Source: Halobacteroidaceae bacterium
Lineage (GTDB): Bacteria > Bacillota > Halanaerobiia > B1SED10-174
Direction of reading: 5' to 3'
NCBI GenBank assembly: GCA_003554145.1
Contig: PWFS01000001.1
Span: forward strand, 1,439-65,438
Length of the DNA: 64,000 bases
Shown here: positions 50,489 through 61,068 of the stretch, piece by piece
How the letters are laid out: every line of letters begins with the position of its first letter
How positions within the stretch are numbered: position 1 is the stretch's first letter
Translations under genes and position numbers: made by a program
Notes under the pieces: model-generated
Database searches by the model: none
Told to the model about the DNA's origin: nothing
Seen by the model: only the letters and a program-made list of their open reading frames with translations

Positions 50489-51514
50489 GTGGCAAAAGAT
50501 GTGCAGAACGAGAAGAAATCCAAAGAACTACTCTTAGAGGTCAAAAACCTAAAAACCTACTTTCACACCGAGGACGGCGTGGTTAAAGCTGTTGATGGTG
50601 TATCCTTTGAAATTTACAAAGGAGAGGTATTAGGTATTGTTGGAGAATCTGGTTGTGGCAAAAGTGTAACCTCGCTGTCTATTATGCGCCTGGTCCAGGA
50701 ACCCCCTGGGAAAATCTCTGCCGACACACTTACTTTTGAAGGAGCGGAAATCCTGAAAAAGAGTGAATCTGCTATGAGGAGGATCAGGGGGAATGATATC
50801 TCCATGATCTTCCAGGAGCCGATGACCTCGCTGAACCCGGTGTATACTGTTGGAAATCAGATTTCCGAAGCCATTATTCTCCACCAGAAATTGTCCAAGG
50901 ACAAGGCTATGAAAAATGCGGTCGAAATGCTGCGCAAGGTTGGTATTCCGCTTCCCGAGAAAAGGGTGCATGAATACCCCCACCAGCTTTCCGGTGGTAT
51001 GCGCCAGCGGGTAATGATCGCCATGGCACTGTCCTGTAACCCTAAACTCTTGATTGCCGACGAACCAACCACCGCACTGGATGTTACCATCCAGGCCCAG
51101 ATCCTGGAGTTAATGGGTTCTTTGCAGCGGGATTTCGATGCAGCCATTATGTTGATCACTCATGACCTGGGAGTAGTTGCTGAGACCGCCGACCGAGTAG
51201 TGGTTATGTATGCGGGTAAGGTAGTGGAATATAGTGATGTGAATACGATTTTCCACAATCCTCGCCACCCCTATACCTGGGGTCTTCTGCAGTCCATCCC
51301 GCGTCTTGATGAAGAGCGGGAGCGACTCCTGGTAATTGAAGGTGTGGTTCCCAATCCGCTATTCCTGCCGGATGGTTGCAAATTCCACCCTCGCTGTCGT
51401 TTTGCTTCTGAGAGATGTTCAGAAGAAGAACCCGAACTGGAAAATATCAATCAAGATCATCAAGTTCGCTGCTGGCATTATGATAAAGTTGCCGAAGCGG
51501 ATAAAAAGGTTTAA
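50489..51514 (+). CDS. oppD: Oligopeptide ABC transporter ATP-binding protein
   Basis: GESGCGKS Walker [10 protein letters not shown]-terminal oligopeptide-ABC Cys-containing extension. Confidence 0.9.
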   Translation: MAKDVQNEKKSKELLLEVKNLKTYFHTEDGVVKAVDGVSFEIYKGEVLGIVGESGCGKSVTSLSIMRLVQEPPGKISADTLTFEGAEILKKSESAMRRIRGNDISMIFQEPMTSLNPVYTVGNQISEAIILHQKLSKDKAMKNAVEMLRKVGIPLPEKRVHEYPHQLSGGMRQRVMIAMALSCNPKLLIADEPTTALDVTIQAQILELMGSLQRDFDAAIMLITHDLGVVAETADRVVVMYAGKVVEYSDVNTIFHNPRHPYTWGLLQSIPRLDEERERLLVIEGVVPNPLFLPDGCKFHPRCRFASERCSEEEPELENINQDHQVRCWHYDKVAEADKKV

Positions 51515-51530
51515 TTGGAGGTGAATTCTG

Positions 51531-52529
51531 GTGGCTAACGAAGAAATCCTACTAGAAGTCAATAATCTCAAGAAATACTTTCCCATAAAGGGTGGAGTTT
51601 TCGGCCGGGTTGTTGGCAATGTTAAAGCTGTAGACGGAGTTTCCTTTTATGTAAATAAAGGGGAGACTGTGGGACTTGTTGGTGAATCCGGTTGTGGCAA
51701 GACCACGACCGGGAAAGTTGTTCTCCGCCTGGAAGAAGCAACAGAAGGCGAAATTCTTTTTGAGGGTCGCAATGTCCTGGAACTGGGGCGGGAAGAAATG
51801 CGCAGCCTGCGCCGGGAAATGCAGATAATTTTCCAGGACCCCTATAGTTCACTGAACCCCCGGATGACCGTTGGCAATATTATCGGGGAAGCCCTGGAAA
51901 TTCACGGTCTGGCCCGGGGTAAGGCCAAGGAAAAGAAAGTTAAAGAACTTCTGGAAGTTGTTGGGCTTACCGCCCATCACATGCGCCGCTATCCTCACGA
52001 GTTTAGCGGTGGGCAGCGTCAGCGGATCGGTGTAGCCCGAGCCCTGGCCGTGGATCCCAAATTGATTGTATGTGATGAACCTGTTTCAGCCCTTGACGTT
52101 TCTATTCAGGCCCAGGTTATTAACCTGATGGAGGATTTGCAGAAGGAATTTGACCTGACCTATCTATTTATTGCCCACGACTTGAGTGTGGTCAAGCATA
52201 TCAGTGACCGGATTGCAGTTATGTATCTGGGGAAAATTGTTGAACTGGCTGATAAAGCGGCACTGTTTAAAAAACCCATTCATCCCTATACCCAGGCTCT
52301 TCTCTCCGCCATTCCCATTCCTGATCCAGCAATTAAGAGGGAGAAGATAATTCTGAAGGGTGATGTTCCCAGCCCAGTTAATCCTCCCTCGGGTTGCCGT
52401 TTTCACACCCGTTGCCCCTACGTTATGGATATTTGCAAAACAGAGGAACCCGAATTTGTGGACTGGGGAGATCGGCACTTTGCTGCCTGTCACCTGGAAG
52501 AAGGTGCTCCCGAAAGAGAAGTTCTTTAA
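51531..52529 (+). CDS. oppF: Oligopeptide ABC transporter ATP-binding protein
   Basis: [18 protein letters not shown]-terminal CRFHTRCP motif. Confidence 0.9.
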   Translation: MANEEILLEVNNLKKYFPIKGGVFGRVVGNVKAVDGVSFYVNKGETVGLVGESGCGKTTTGKVVLRLEEATEGEILFEGRNVLELGREEMRSLRREMQIIFQDPYSSLNPRMTVGNIIGEALEIHGLARGKAKEKKVKELLEVVGLTAHHMRRYPHEFSGGQRQRIGVARALAVDPKLIVCDEPVSALDVSIQAQVINLMEDLQKEFDLTYLFIAHDLSVVKHISDRIAVMYLGKIVELADKAALFKKPIHPYTQALLSAIPIPDPAIKREKIILKGDVPSPVNPPSGCRFHTRCPYVMDICKTEEPEFVDWGDRHFAACHLEEGAPEREVL

Positions 52530-52552
52530 ACCAAACTCAAATCAGGATAGAA

Positions 52553-52581
52553 AAGGAGAGGCCAGCCCTCTCCTTTTTCTT
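52553..52581 (+). terminator. Rho-independent terminator of opp operon (GGAGAGG-ccagc-CCTCTCC + TTTTTCTT)
   Basis: 7-bp GC stem plus T-run 24 nt after oppF stop. Confidence 0.6.
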
Positions 52582-52891
52582 ATGGGTGTGCCCGACATAT
52601 CTATTGAGGATCTCGCCTTTTATGGCAGATTAGGATGATGAAAAGGGCAAGATTGCCCAGGGGCTGGAGGCGCTGTAGGGAGCAGTCTGACGAACTGTAG
52701 AGTAGAAGAGGAGCACTGGGAAGGGAGCCCAGTGTGGGAATTTTGGCCTAATGGATGAAACTTATTCGGGAGCAGCTTATGCGGCTCGTAGGCAAGTTAT
52801 AGGAGAGGGGAAGTCCTCGTTTAGCTCGGGGCTTCTCCACTCAATTTTTTTCGGGTGCTGGCAGGAAATGGCTCCAGAAAAATTATATTAC

Positions 52892-52920
52892 TTGACCCTG
52901 ACTCCCTGCACTGGTATTAT
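52892..52920 (+). promoter_or_regulatory. Candidate sigma70 promoter TTGACC-17-TATTAT upstream of small acidic membrane protein
   Basis: TTGACC 52892-52897, 17-nt spacer, TATTAT 52915-52920. Confidence 0.4.
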
Positions 52921-53026
52921 TTAAGTGAATAGGGATTGTTGTAATATTAATCTGTTGATAATCAGGGAAATGGTCCCGCCCGGATAGTTTGCTCGGAATA
53001 TAGCTTCTCGGAGAGGGGGGCGGATA

Positions 53027-53212
53027 ATGTACGAACCAGATAGAGACCGGGAAAAAGAGGAAAGAGAAGGAAGGGAAGAAGAAGAGGTTAAACCAACCTG
53101 GAAGGATTTTCTGGCTATGACCATTGCTGCTTATGAAATTATCCTGGTCCCGATGCTAATAATTTTCGCCGTTCTGGGAGGTGTAATATTCCTTTTTTAC
53201 CTTATATTTTAA
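53027..53212 (+). CDS. Small tail-anchored membrane protein with poly-acidic/charged N-terminus (61 aa)
   Basis: GAGAGGGGGG RBS 6 nt before ATG; EPDRDREKEEREGREEEEVK then single C-terminal TM helix; followed by hairpin terminator. Confidence 0.45.
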   Translation: MYEPDRDREKEEREGREEEEVKPTWKDFLAMTIAAYEIILVPMLIIFAVLGGVIFLFYLIF

Positions 53213-53227
53213 TAAGAATAGCAAAAA

Positions 53228-53258
53228 CCCCCGCCTTGCCGGGGGTTTTCACATATGC
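53228..53258 (+). terminator. Terminator ACCCCCG-ccttgc-CGGGGGT + TTTC
   Basis: GC-rich hairpin directly after 53027..53212 stop. Confidence 0.45.
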
Positions 53259-54062
53259 TGCTGATGGTCGGTTTAATGTGATTGATTTATGGGAAATTAA
53301 TAGTAATATTGACTCATTAAAATGAGAGTTTTTGCAATTTTGAAATTATATTGGTTTTCCATAACGCATATTTAGATCATAAACCCTGCAAATCCGGAAA
53401 AAAGCTCAGTTATTATTTCCAGGCTATTAACCTCAAATTTAATCAGTAGTTTTAGCTCTGACAATTAATTTCTTTTTTCAATTTCCCGGAATTTGCAATG
53501 GATTACGTTAATAATTTAGAGGAAAAGATTAAGACGATAATAAATTCATTATTTTGTTGTAGAGAGTTTAGTAGAAGAAGGAAATAGTTGAATAATTAAT
53601 AAACTGCTGGGTTTGAAGTCCCATGCAGAACTCTCTTTTTGCTTTAACAGGTCTTGATTACAACCCTCGGGCGAGTATTAAAAATTAGCAGAAAAAATTT
53701 AAAAATTCGCAAAAATTTTAAGAATTTTGGCTTATAATATAGTAGAGGGGGTGATTATTTTCAATTACGGTAAAATGAAATAACTTTTTCAAGTTTAAGG
53801 GAAATTGTTCTTGCAATATTTAAACTTAAATGGTTTTTTGCGGTTTTTAGGGCAATTCGGAGGGTAGCTAAACATTGAGAAGAATAGTTTAATCAGCAGC
53901 TAATTATTTTGGTCAGACCTGTAGTTTATTGGCGTTTAAAACCGACGAGGAATTAAAATGGGGCTTAAAGTTTGAAGGGCTCATAGGTTACAAGGGGCAG
54001 CGCTCTTGCCGTTATTAGGTTCTGGAAAGGAGTTCAAAATTTAAAAAGATGGGAGATAGGGC

Positions 54063-54599
54063 ATGTCAGAAAATATTATCCTGTTACTTGTTGCGGTTGT
54101 AGTTGGAGGTGGTTTAATTGCTGGTATCTTATATTTTATTCTCCGTCACATGCGGGGCTCAATTAAATTATCCCTACCCCAGACAGCATTTAACCCGGGA
54201 AATAAGATTAGCGGTGAGTTTGATCTTCTCGCAAAAAAACCCATCCAGGGAAATAAACTTATCGTTAGGTTGATTGGGCAACAGGTCACCAGGCACCACC
54301 AGAATGGGAAGAGCAGGACGCGCTCCCAGGAGATTTACAGGGATGAAGTTCTTGTTGAAGAGGCTAAGGACTATCCTGCCGGATATACTGGTAAGTATAG
54401 CTTTGAAATTAACACCCCGAATACAAATGAAACAGAATTTCTAAATTCTCCTCTTGGTCAAACTCTAAATGCTGCTGTTCGATTGCTCAGTAACCGAAAC
54501 ACACGCCTCCAATGGAGGGTAGAAGCCAGGCTGGATGCCAAAGGTATTGATCTGGTAGCAGCAAAAAAAATTACCCTAAATACCAAATTTATGGGGTAA
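54063..54599 (+). CDS. Hypothetical N-terminally membrane-anchored protein
   Basis: 178-aa ORF after GGGAGATAGGG RBS; N-terminal TM IILLLVAVVVGGGLIAGILYFIL; sits at edge of AT-rich island. Confidence 0.45.
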   Translation: MSENIILLLVAVVVGGGLIAGILYFILRHMRGSIKLSLPQTAFNPGNKISGEFDLLAKKPIQGNKLIVRLIGQQVTRHHQNGKSRTRSQEIYRDEVLVEEAKDYPAGYTGKYSFEINTPNTNETEFLNSPLGQTLNAAVRLLSNRNTRLQWRVEARLDAKGIDLVAAKKITLNTKFMG

Positions 54600-55023
54600 T
54601 TTTATGAGTTCCACCGTATTGGAGGTTTGTTGAACACACGCCAGATAAGGCAAAACCTGATAAAGTCAAAGGTCTCAGTTGGAATTGGACAATTAGCGTA
54701 ATCATGCAGTTGCAGACAATAACCCGGGAGCTGTTTAACTTCTTATTATTTTATCAATTCTATAGATATATAAGGGAATATGGGGCATAAGTTTCCGACT
54801 ACTACCAATTAAGCCCTTATACAGGCTTATTACCCCAATGGTGGACAATGAAAATTAACCAAACCACCTTGCTTTGAGCTCCTATGTTTGTGGGGAGCTT
54901 TTTTCATTTTTGAAAGGAGCCTGCAGAAAACTTCCAGTAACAGTTTGAGTTAAGGATCAATGTCGAAAAAATGAAACCGCAACCACTCATCATTAGGAGA
55001 GTTTGCGGCAAAAAAATCAAGAA

Positions 55024-55110
55024 TGGTGCCGAGAGCGGGATTCGAACCCGCACAGGCTCACGCCCACAGCGCCCTCAACGCTGCGTGTCTGCCAATTCCA
55101 CCATCTCGGC
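55024..55110 (-). tRNA. tRNA-Leu (anticodon GAG), class II with long variable arm
   Basis: Reverse complement GCCGAGATGGTGGAATTGGCAGACACGCAGCGTTGAGGGCGCTGTGGGCGTGAGCCTGTGCGGGTTCGAATCCCGCTCTCGGCACCA: 7-bp acceptor stem, anticodon stem CAGCG/CGCTG with loop TTGAGGG (anticodon GAG), T-loop GGTTCGAATCC, encoded CCA. Confidence 0.85.
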
Positions 55111-55427
55111 TCTTTTAATATTATAACACATCCAAAAAACCTGTCAATAATTCAACAGATGAATTGCCGGCACTATTCCAGGCAGAAAACATTTTGGAAG
55201 GGGAAAGTCAGTACAGAGAATCTCCGAAATTTTTGTTAGTTTTTTCTTTTCTGCTTCAGGAAAAATAAAAATCTAATAGAGGTTGGAACGGGGAGGGATC
55301 AGGGAAAAGGAGGGCCATATAATAAAAAACAGGAATAGGAAGCATTACTGAGTAAAAAGGAAAAAAAGACCGTTAAATCGGGGTTTTTTTGCAGGGGAAA
55401 AGGTATGTTTGCCGAATTTAAACGTTA

Positions 55428-56915
55428 ATGTTTTTTGCAGGGGGGATAATTTTGGAAAAATGGCGTGATGTACTGGCCCTGCTTGTAATTCTGGGCCTGG
55501 TGGCAGCCTCCCTGGGGGCCATATTTTTCCTGCAAAGGGGAATTGATGTGCAGGTTTTTACTCCGGAAAATCGTATTGTGGCCCGAAATATAGGGGCCAC
55601 TGGTGAAGTGCATTTTTCGGGGGGGGAGAGAGTGTATTCTCCTTTTGCGGGTATAATTGCCGAAGTCCAGGTAAAAAAAGGAGAACTGGTGGAAAAGGGC
55701 GATCCCCTTTTTATTTATGATACCGAGGAATGGGAAAGAGAATTAATGCAGTTGAAACTGCGCTTCCAGCAGCTAAAAGAGGAAGAATCTTTTAGGGAAA
55801 ATCAAATTCGAAGAGAACTTGCTGACCTGGAAGCCAGAAAAATGGACTGGCTTTTGCGGGAAGAAGAACTTCATTATTCTCAGGATATAAGAAAATGGGA
55901 AATGGAATGTTTGATCCAGGATCTGGAAAGGGAATTAGATCAGGCGAGAAAAGATCTGGCTGATCTGGAGGATTTTTATCATTCAGAATATGTTACCTGG
56001 CGAGAAGTTCAAAAAGCACGGGATCAAGTTGCAAACCTGGACCATGAACTGAAAAGGGCCAGGTTGGACCAGAAACAGGTCCTGGAGGTTGAATTCCCCC
56101 TGCAGGAAAAGATTTTAAACAGAGAAGGTTTGCGGATCAGTAACAAAATAGAAGAAACCCGCAAAAAACTGGAAGTTTTCCTGGAAAAAAAAGGCCTGAA
56201 TTCTGCCTACCAGGAAATGGAACTAATTCAGGGCAGCATTGAACAACTGGAACTGAGGCTGGCGAATAAGGAAGTGATGGCTCCAGAAGAGGGGCTGGTT
56301 AACAGCCTGATGCTGGAACAGGGCCAGAGGGTTAATCAAGGATTGCTGGCCCTAGAAATTAATGATCCTGCTGCAATTGAGATTGTTCTGAAGGTCAACT
56401 CCCGGGATTTTCACCGACTGGAAAAGGGGCAGGAGGTGGAGGTTTTCCTGGAGGACATTCATCCTCCCCTGAGTGGAAAAATTGAATGGATAGCACCCTG
56501 GGCTGAAGAACAATTGGTAGAAACCGGGGTTGTTTTGACGGACCGGCGAGATCTTCTCCGGCCGGGAATGGTCGTAGAAGCACAGATTAATCTGACCGGA
56601 CGGCGCCTTCTGATACTTCCCCCCCAGGCAGTTTTTGAGCGTGAACTTCAAGATACCAGGATGATAATCAGGGAGGGAGAGGATACTGCCTATTATGTAT
56701 TTCTGGTGGACAAGGATTCCCGGGAGGTTTATCCCAGTCGGGTGCGTATCGGACAGGAAACTCAGGATTATATTGAAATTGTTTCCGGCCTCAGTGCTTC
56801 CAGCAATGTAGTTATCGGGGATACCGAGGCTCTTAACAGGTTGGAAGGCTACCTGACCGAGTGGGAACAGAGGTTGATTGAAGAAATCAGGGAAAATTTT
56901 ACTGATAATAATTAG
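55428..56915 (+). CDS. HlyD-family membrane-fusion / periplasmic adaptor protein (start may be TTG 55452)
   Basis: N-terminal TM, long coiled-coil heptad region (ELMQLKLRFQQLKEEE..., DLADLEDF...), C-terminal beta-barrel/lipoyl-like segments. Confidence 0.7.
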   Translation: MFFAGGIILEKWRDVLALLVILGLVAASLGAIFFLQRGIDVQVFTPENRIVARNIGATGEVHFSGGERVYSPFAGIIAEVQVKKGELVEKGDPLFIYDTEEWERELMQLKLRFQQLKEEESFRENQIRRELADLEARKMDWLLREEELHYSQDIRKWEMECLIQDLERELDQARKDLADLEDFYHSEYVTWREVQKARDQVANLDHELKRARLDQKQVLEVEFPLQEKILNREGLRISNKIEETRKKLEVFLEKKGLNSAYQEMELIQGSIEQLELRLANKEVMAPEEGLVNSLMLEQGQRVNQGLLALEINDPAAIEIVLKVNSRDFHRLEKGQEVEVFLEDIHPPLSGKIEWIAPWAEEQLVETGVVLTDRRDLLRPGMVVEAQINLTGRRLLILPPQAVFERELQDTRMIIREGEDTAYYVFLVDKDSREVYPSRVRIGQETQDYIEIVSGLSASSNVVIGDTEALNRLEGYLTEWEQRLIEEIRENFTDNN

Positions 56916-56926
56916 GAGCTGTTTTT

Positions 56927-58993
56927 ATGGTTCGCTTTTTCTCGCGCAGGATTCTAACCGTATTATTGCTGATCTGGCTTCTAACTGCAATAATTTTTGC
57001 CCTGATTGCTGCTTCTCCCGAAGGGTTGGAGAGAGTTCTTCCTGTTAGTGGATCCGGCCCCTTTGAGCTGGCCCGAGAAAGGAGTATCAATAACCTGGAT
57101 TCTTCTCCAGCCAGGGAGTATTTTGTCTGGATTGGGGAAATGTTATCCGGGAATCTGGGAACTGTTGGAGGTACTGGCTCAACCGGGTTCCCCCTGATCA
57201 CCATTCTGGGACAGCGCCTGGCTGTTAGTTTTATACTGATTGGAACCTCACTCATTGTCGCGGTGTCAGCCGGGCTGATAATGGGGGTTTACTCTGCCCT
57301 CCGTCCCCACAGTATCCTGAGCAGATTATTGAATTACCTGGGTATACTGGGAGTTTCTATTCCTGATTTTGCCCTGGGAATTCTGTTATTGATAGTATTT
57401 GCTGTTCATCTGCAGTGGCTTCCTTCCGGTGGTCAGCAGGGCCTCCTATTTGATGAAACAGGCCTGAGTATGATCCTTGACCGTTTGCGCCATTTAATTC
57501 TACCGGTGATAACCCTTGCCGCTGGTTATATTGCCATTTTTTCTGAGCATGTAAAAACAGCCTTATCCCTCACCGTCCGGGAAGACTATATTCGTACCGC
57601 TCGTTCCAAGGGACTTTCCGAAAAAGTGGTTATTCTCAAGCATGCCCTGCGCAACAGCATGATTCCCATTCTGGCTTCCCTTTTTTCTTCCCTACCCTTT
57701 TTTCTGGGGGGAATAGTGGTGGTAGAACACCTCTTTTCCTGGCCCGGTTTGGGCTCTTTCATTTATCGTAATGTCCTGGACCGAACCGGGGATTTTTACG
57801 TGGTATTAATTATAACCGGGCTGATATCCTTTATTACCCTGATGGGGAGTCTCCTGGCTGACTTTTTGTATGCCCTGGTGGATCCCCGGGTGCGCAATCC
57901 GGTGGAAAAAACGGATAAAGGAATTCCCCTACTAAATATTTTTATTGTTGCAGGAACTGGCCTGTTCGCAGTTTTCTTTTACTTCTGGATTCTGGAACCC
58001 GCTTACAGCTTCCTGGGGTCAGGAATGGTTATTGGGATGGCCTTTGCTGGCTTTCTGACCCTTATTGGCATCTGGGTATTGCCCCGCCGAAAAGAAAAAA
58101 AACAACCCAACTCTCCAGGAGGATCCTTGACGACCTGGTCTCAGGCGTTACCTGTTTTTAACTGGAGATTAATTATTGGTTTTTTCCGGGGCCTGGCTCG
58201 TCCGGGAGTAATTCTGGGAATTATTATCCTGATCAGTATAATGGGAGGTTATTTCTATACTCAGAGCGAGGGTTTAATGCGGGTGAGTGATATGCCTGTA
58301 GACCTGGAAAATCGTCTTGCGCCCCCTTCCCTGGAAAATATTTTAGGAACTGATCGAATTGGGAGGCCAGTTTTAACTGCGGTTTTAATTAATGCTGGTA
58401 ATACTATGAGCCTGGTTTTTTATATAACACTTATTGGTCTTCTGGGAGGAACTGTTCTGGGGGTCCTTTCCGGTTATCTGCAGGGTCTTTTTGACCGCTC
58501 CCTGATGGCCATATTTGATCTGCTGTCCTCAATCCCCAGTTTTTTCTTTGTGTTTTTGATTATGGGGGCCATTGGTCAGGAGGAGAACATAATAATAATG
58601 GCTGCTGCGGTGGTAGGTTTGATAGAGCTAACCCGGGTTATCCGGGCCCGGATGCTTTCCATTAAAGAATTCCAGTTTGTGGAGGCTGCCCGCTCCCTGG
58701 GTAATTCTGACCTGCAGATTCTGGCCCGCCATCTTCTTCGCAATGTTTTTCCCCTGATCTGGGGACAGGGTTTGATTCTTTTTGGCCGTAATATGGTTTT
58801 ATTATCTTCTCTGGGGTATTTGCGGATAATACCTTCTACTACCTGGGGTTCAATGGCCGGTGATGCCGTGCGGTCTTCCCTTTATGATTGGTGGGTCAGC
58901 CTGGGGCCCATCATTATGATTATCCTGGTAGTTTTTGCCGTAAATATTATCGGGAAGGGGGTGCTGGGAAACATTGATCCCCTTAAGAAATAA
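56927..58993 (+). CDS. Fused OppB-like + OppC-like ABC permease (single 688-aa polypeptide); no ATPase or SBP in operon
   Basis: First half contains DYIRTARSKGLSEKVVILKHALRN (OppB/DppB signature); second half contains EAARSLGNSDLQIL (OppC/DppC signature). Confidence 0.75.
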   Translation: MVRFFSRRILTVLLLIWLLTAIIFALIAASPEGLERVLPVSGSGPFELARERSINNLDSSPAREYFVWIGEMLSGNLGTVGGTGSTGFPLITILGQRLAVSFILIGTSLIVAVSAGLIMGVYSALRPHSILSRLLNYLGILGVSIPDFALGILLLIVFAVHLQWLPSGGQQGLLFDETGLSMILDRLRHLILPVITLAAGYIAIFSEHVKTALSLTVREDYIRTARSKGLSEKVVILKHALRNSMIPILASLFSSLPFFLGGIVVVEHLFSWPGLGSFIYRNVLDRTGDFYVVLIITGLISFITLMGSLLADFLYALVDPRVRNPVEKTDKGIPLLNIFIVAGTGLFAVFFYFWILEPAYSFLGSGMVIGMAFAGFLTLIGIWVLPRRKEKKQPNSPGGSLTTWSQALPVFNWRLIIGFFRGLARPGVILGIIILISIMGGYFYTQSEGLMRVSDMPVDLENRLAPPSLENILGTDRIGRPVLTAVLINAGNTMSLVFYITLIGLLGGTVLGVLSGYLQGLFDRSLMAIFDLLSSIPSFFFVFLIMGAIGQEENIIIMAAAVVGLIELTRVIRARMLSIKEFQFVEAARSLGNSDLQILARHLLRNVFPLIWGQGLILFGRNMVLLSSLGYLRIIPSTTWGSMAGDAVRSSLYDWWVSLGPIIMIILVVFAVNIIGKGVLGNIDPLKK

Positions 58994-60665
58994 TCGGGCC
59001 CTGCGCCTGGGACTACTATTTTTGATCCTCCTCGGGGTGGGAACGCATTTTTTGCTGCTTCCGGATCAGGCCGGGGAAGAAAAATCCATATTGCATTCTC
59101 CCCGGCACTTAATTACCCATATTCAGGCGGGTAATTACCCTCCTGCTTTTTTGTTAGAGGAAGAAGGGATTATCCATTTTCTGGGCCGGGAACAGGGGCA
59201 TATATTGCAGTACATCAGGCTGGAAGATTATTTCACTCCTTCCCTCCAGGAAAAAATCAAATTTTCCAGGGATATTACTCTTGAATATGTTCTCCCTCTG
59301 GGACAGGAAGAGGGAGGGGATCTCCTGTTTGCCGTTGTTGGCCGGGAAAGATGGGAGCATAGTATTTTTCTTCTGTCCAGAGAAGAAGGGGAATGGGTTC
59401 AAAAAAAGTTACCCCTCCACCCTGTTCAGAGTAAGGATGTAGACGGGTTGTTAATTAAAGACGAAGTAGTTCTGGTGTATGTGGAACGTGAAGAAGATCA
59501 ATATCACTTAAAAATGAAGAAAGGTAATAATTCTCCCATATCCCTTTTTTCTTCTCCAGGCCATATCGGCTTACCTCGCCTGGAGATCGATGAAAAAAAC
59601 AGGCTGCATGTTATGTGGAAAGGCACCCGGGGAGCCGTTGGTATAATGCAGTATCAGGTGTTCTGTCCGGAAGAGGGTGAACCCCAGAGCGAGAATCCCC
59701 GGGAACTGGGGGAAGCTTCAATTTATTTTGGAGAGATCTCCGGTCAGCCCCGCTTGTTTCGAGAGGATCCGGGAGGCAGCCTGATGGTTGATGCAGGGGG
59801 AAATGTTTTTCTGGCCTGGACCGATGCTTTCTGGGAACCTCTTCTGGGGGTTCATCGAAGCAAGGTCCACCTGACCCGCCTATCTTCAGATGGTCAGGAG
59901 CAGGGAGAATGGATTTTTTCTGGATTGGAAAACTTTTCCCTGGCCCCCAGGCTTTTGACTATTCCCGAGAAAGGGACTGCTCTTTTTTTGGAAGACCTGG
60001 CGGGGAATCAGTTTAATCTTCAATTTTTGGAACTTTGCCCGGAGGTGGATGACTTTATTTCTCCCAGCCGTTTTACCCCCTTTTATGGCAATCATCGGCT
60101 GGCTGCTGTTGACAGTGATGAAGAAGGGGAAAAAATGGTTATGTGGCGGACCATGGATGGGAGAAAGGACGCAGTATGGGCCCGGAGCAGTCGGCAGTCA
60201 TCTTTACCCACCTGGTACGATAGCTGGGGACTCTGGTTTGCCCGGGAGGGGACCCAAGATCTTTTCATTGAAGGGAGCCTCCTGATGTTATACAGTCTGG
60301 CGGGAGGGGTTGCTTTTCTGGGTCGAAACGCTCTAATTATTGCCCTGATTGCCCTACTGCTCTATGGTTTGCAGACTTACCGGTTCCTGGGGAAAATTAA
60401 TTTCTTTATTTTCTCCGGCTTATTATTGGCCCTTTTATTCTTTTTCCAGGAATTTTTCCCCCTGTTTTATTCACCTCCTTACGCTCAACCGGGGTTGCTG
60501 CTGTTTTCTGCCCTGATTACAACAACGGTAATGATTGGAGTTGCCCGTAAACACTGGTTTGATGGAGGAGAAGAAATAATATACCTGAGCTATACTGTTT
60601 TCTGGATTTTCTTTAATTCCTTTTTGATCTTACTGGCTACGGCGCCAGCAACTTTCCACCCCTGA
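58974..60665 (+). CDS. Paralog C of the membrane-anchored repeat protein family (TTG start overlapping permease stop)
   Basis: N-terminal TM LGLLFLILLGVG; repeats IHFLG, LLFAVVG, VLVYVERE, LHVMWKG, VFLAWTD, MVMWRT; C-terminal 4-TM region. Confidence 0.55.
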   Translation: MIPLRNNRALRLGLLFLILLGVGTHFLLLPDQAGEEKSILHSPRHLITHIQAGNYPPAFLLEEEGIIHFLGREQGHILQYIRLEDYFTPSLQEKIKFSRDITLEYVLPLGQEEGGDLLFAVVGRERWEHSIFLLSREEGEWVQKKLPLHPVQSKDVDGLLIKDEVVLVYVEREEDQYHLKMKKGNNSPISLFSSPGHIGLPRLEIDEKNRLHVMWKGTRGAVGIMQYQVFCPEEGEPQSENPRELGEASIYFGEISGQPRLFREDPGGSLMVDAGGNVFLAWTDAFWEPLLGVHRSKVHLTRLSSDGQEQGEWIFSGLENFSLAPRLLTIPEKGTALFLEDLAGNQFNLQFLELCPEVDDFISPSRFTPFYGNHRLAAVDSDEEGEKMVMWRTMDGRKDAVWARSSRQSSLPTWYDSWGLWFAREGTQDLFIEGSLLMLYSLAGGVAFLGRNALIIALIALLLYGLQTYRFLGKINFFIFSGLLLALLFFFQEFFPLFYSPPYAQPGLLLFSALITTTVMIGVARKHWFDGGEEIIYLSYTVFWIFFNSFLILLATAPATFHP

Positions 60666-61068
60666 ATAAGGGTAGAATTGGACCGTCAGAAACTAAAACT
60701 ATTGGATTAGTTGTCAGGGAGATCTCCAGAGGAAAGCGGGGCAATTATGGAGGCAGATAAAGAGTGAGCGGGTTTTTTATCCTGAGCCTGCTCCTGGCTC
60801 CAGCTGTTTTCATGCCCTGATAAAAAAGCCTCCGGGACAGTTAGAGGTCAAACCAAGAACCAGACAATTTCCAAAAAACCCTGTTCTTCGATTCAGCAGT
60901 CTCGGAAATTATTTCAGGCCTGGATTCAGAGCAGAGGTTTTTTTTTATTTTCCTGTCCGGTTAGTTGTGAAGGTAGGGAATAAGGAAGAAGGAAGTCAGG
61001 AATAAAACTTTTTTTATCAACAGGCTTTTAAGGCTTGTTTTTTTTATATTTTTTTAGTATCATTTGTT

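Noticed and set aside
55003-55239. 78-aa plus-strand ORF
   Set aside because: It overlaps and is antisense to the clearly folded tRNA-Leu(GAG) gene at 55024..55110 and has no RBS.
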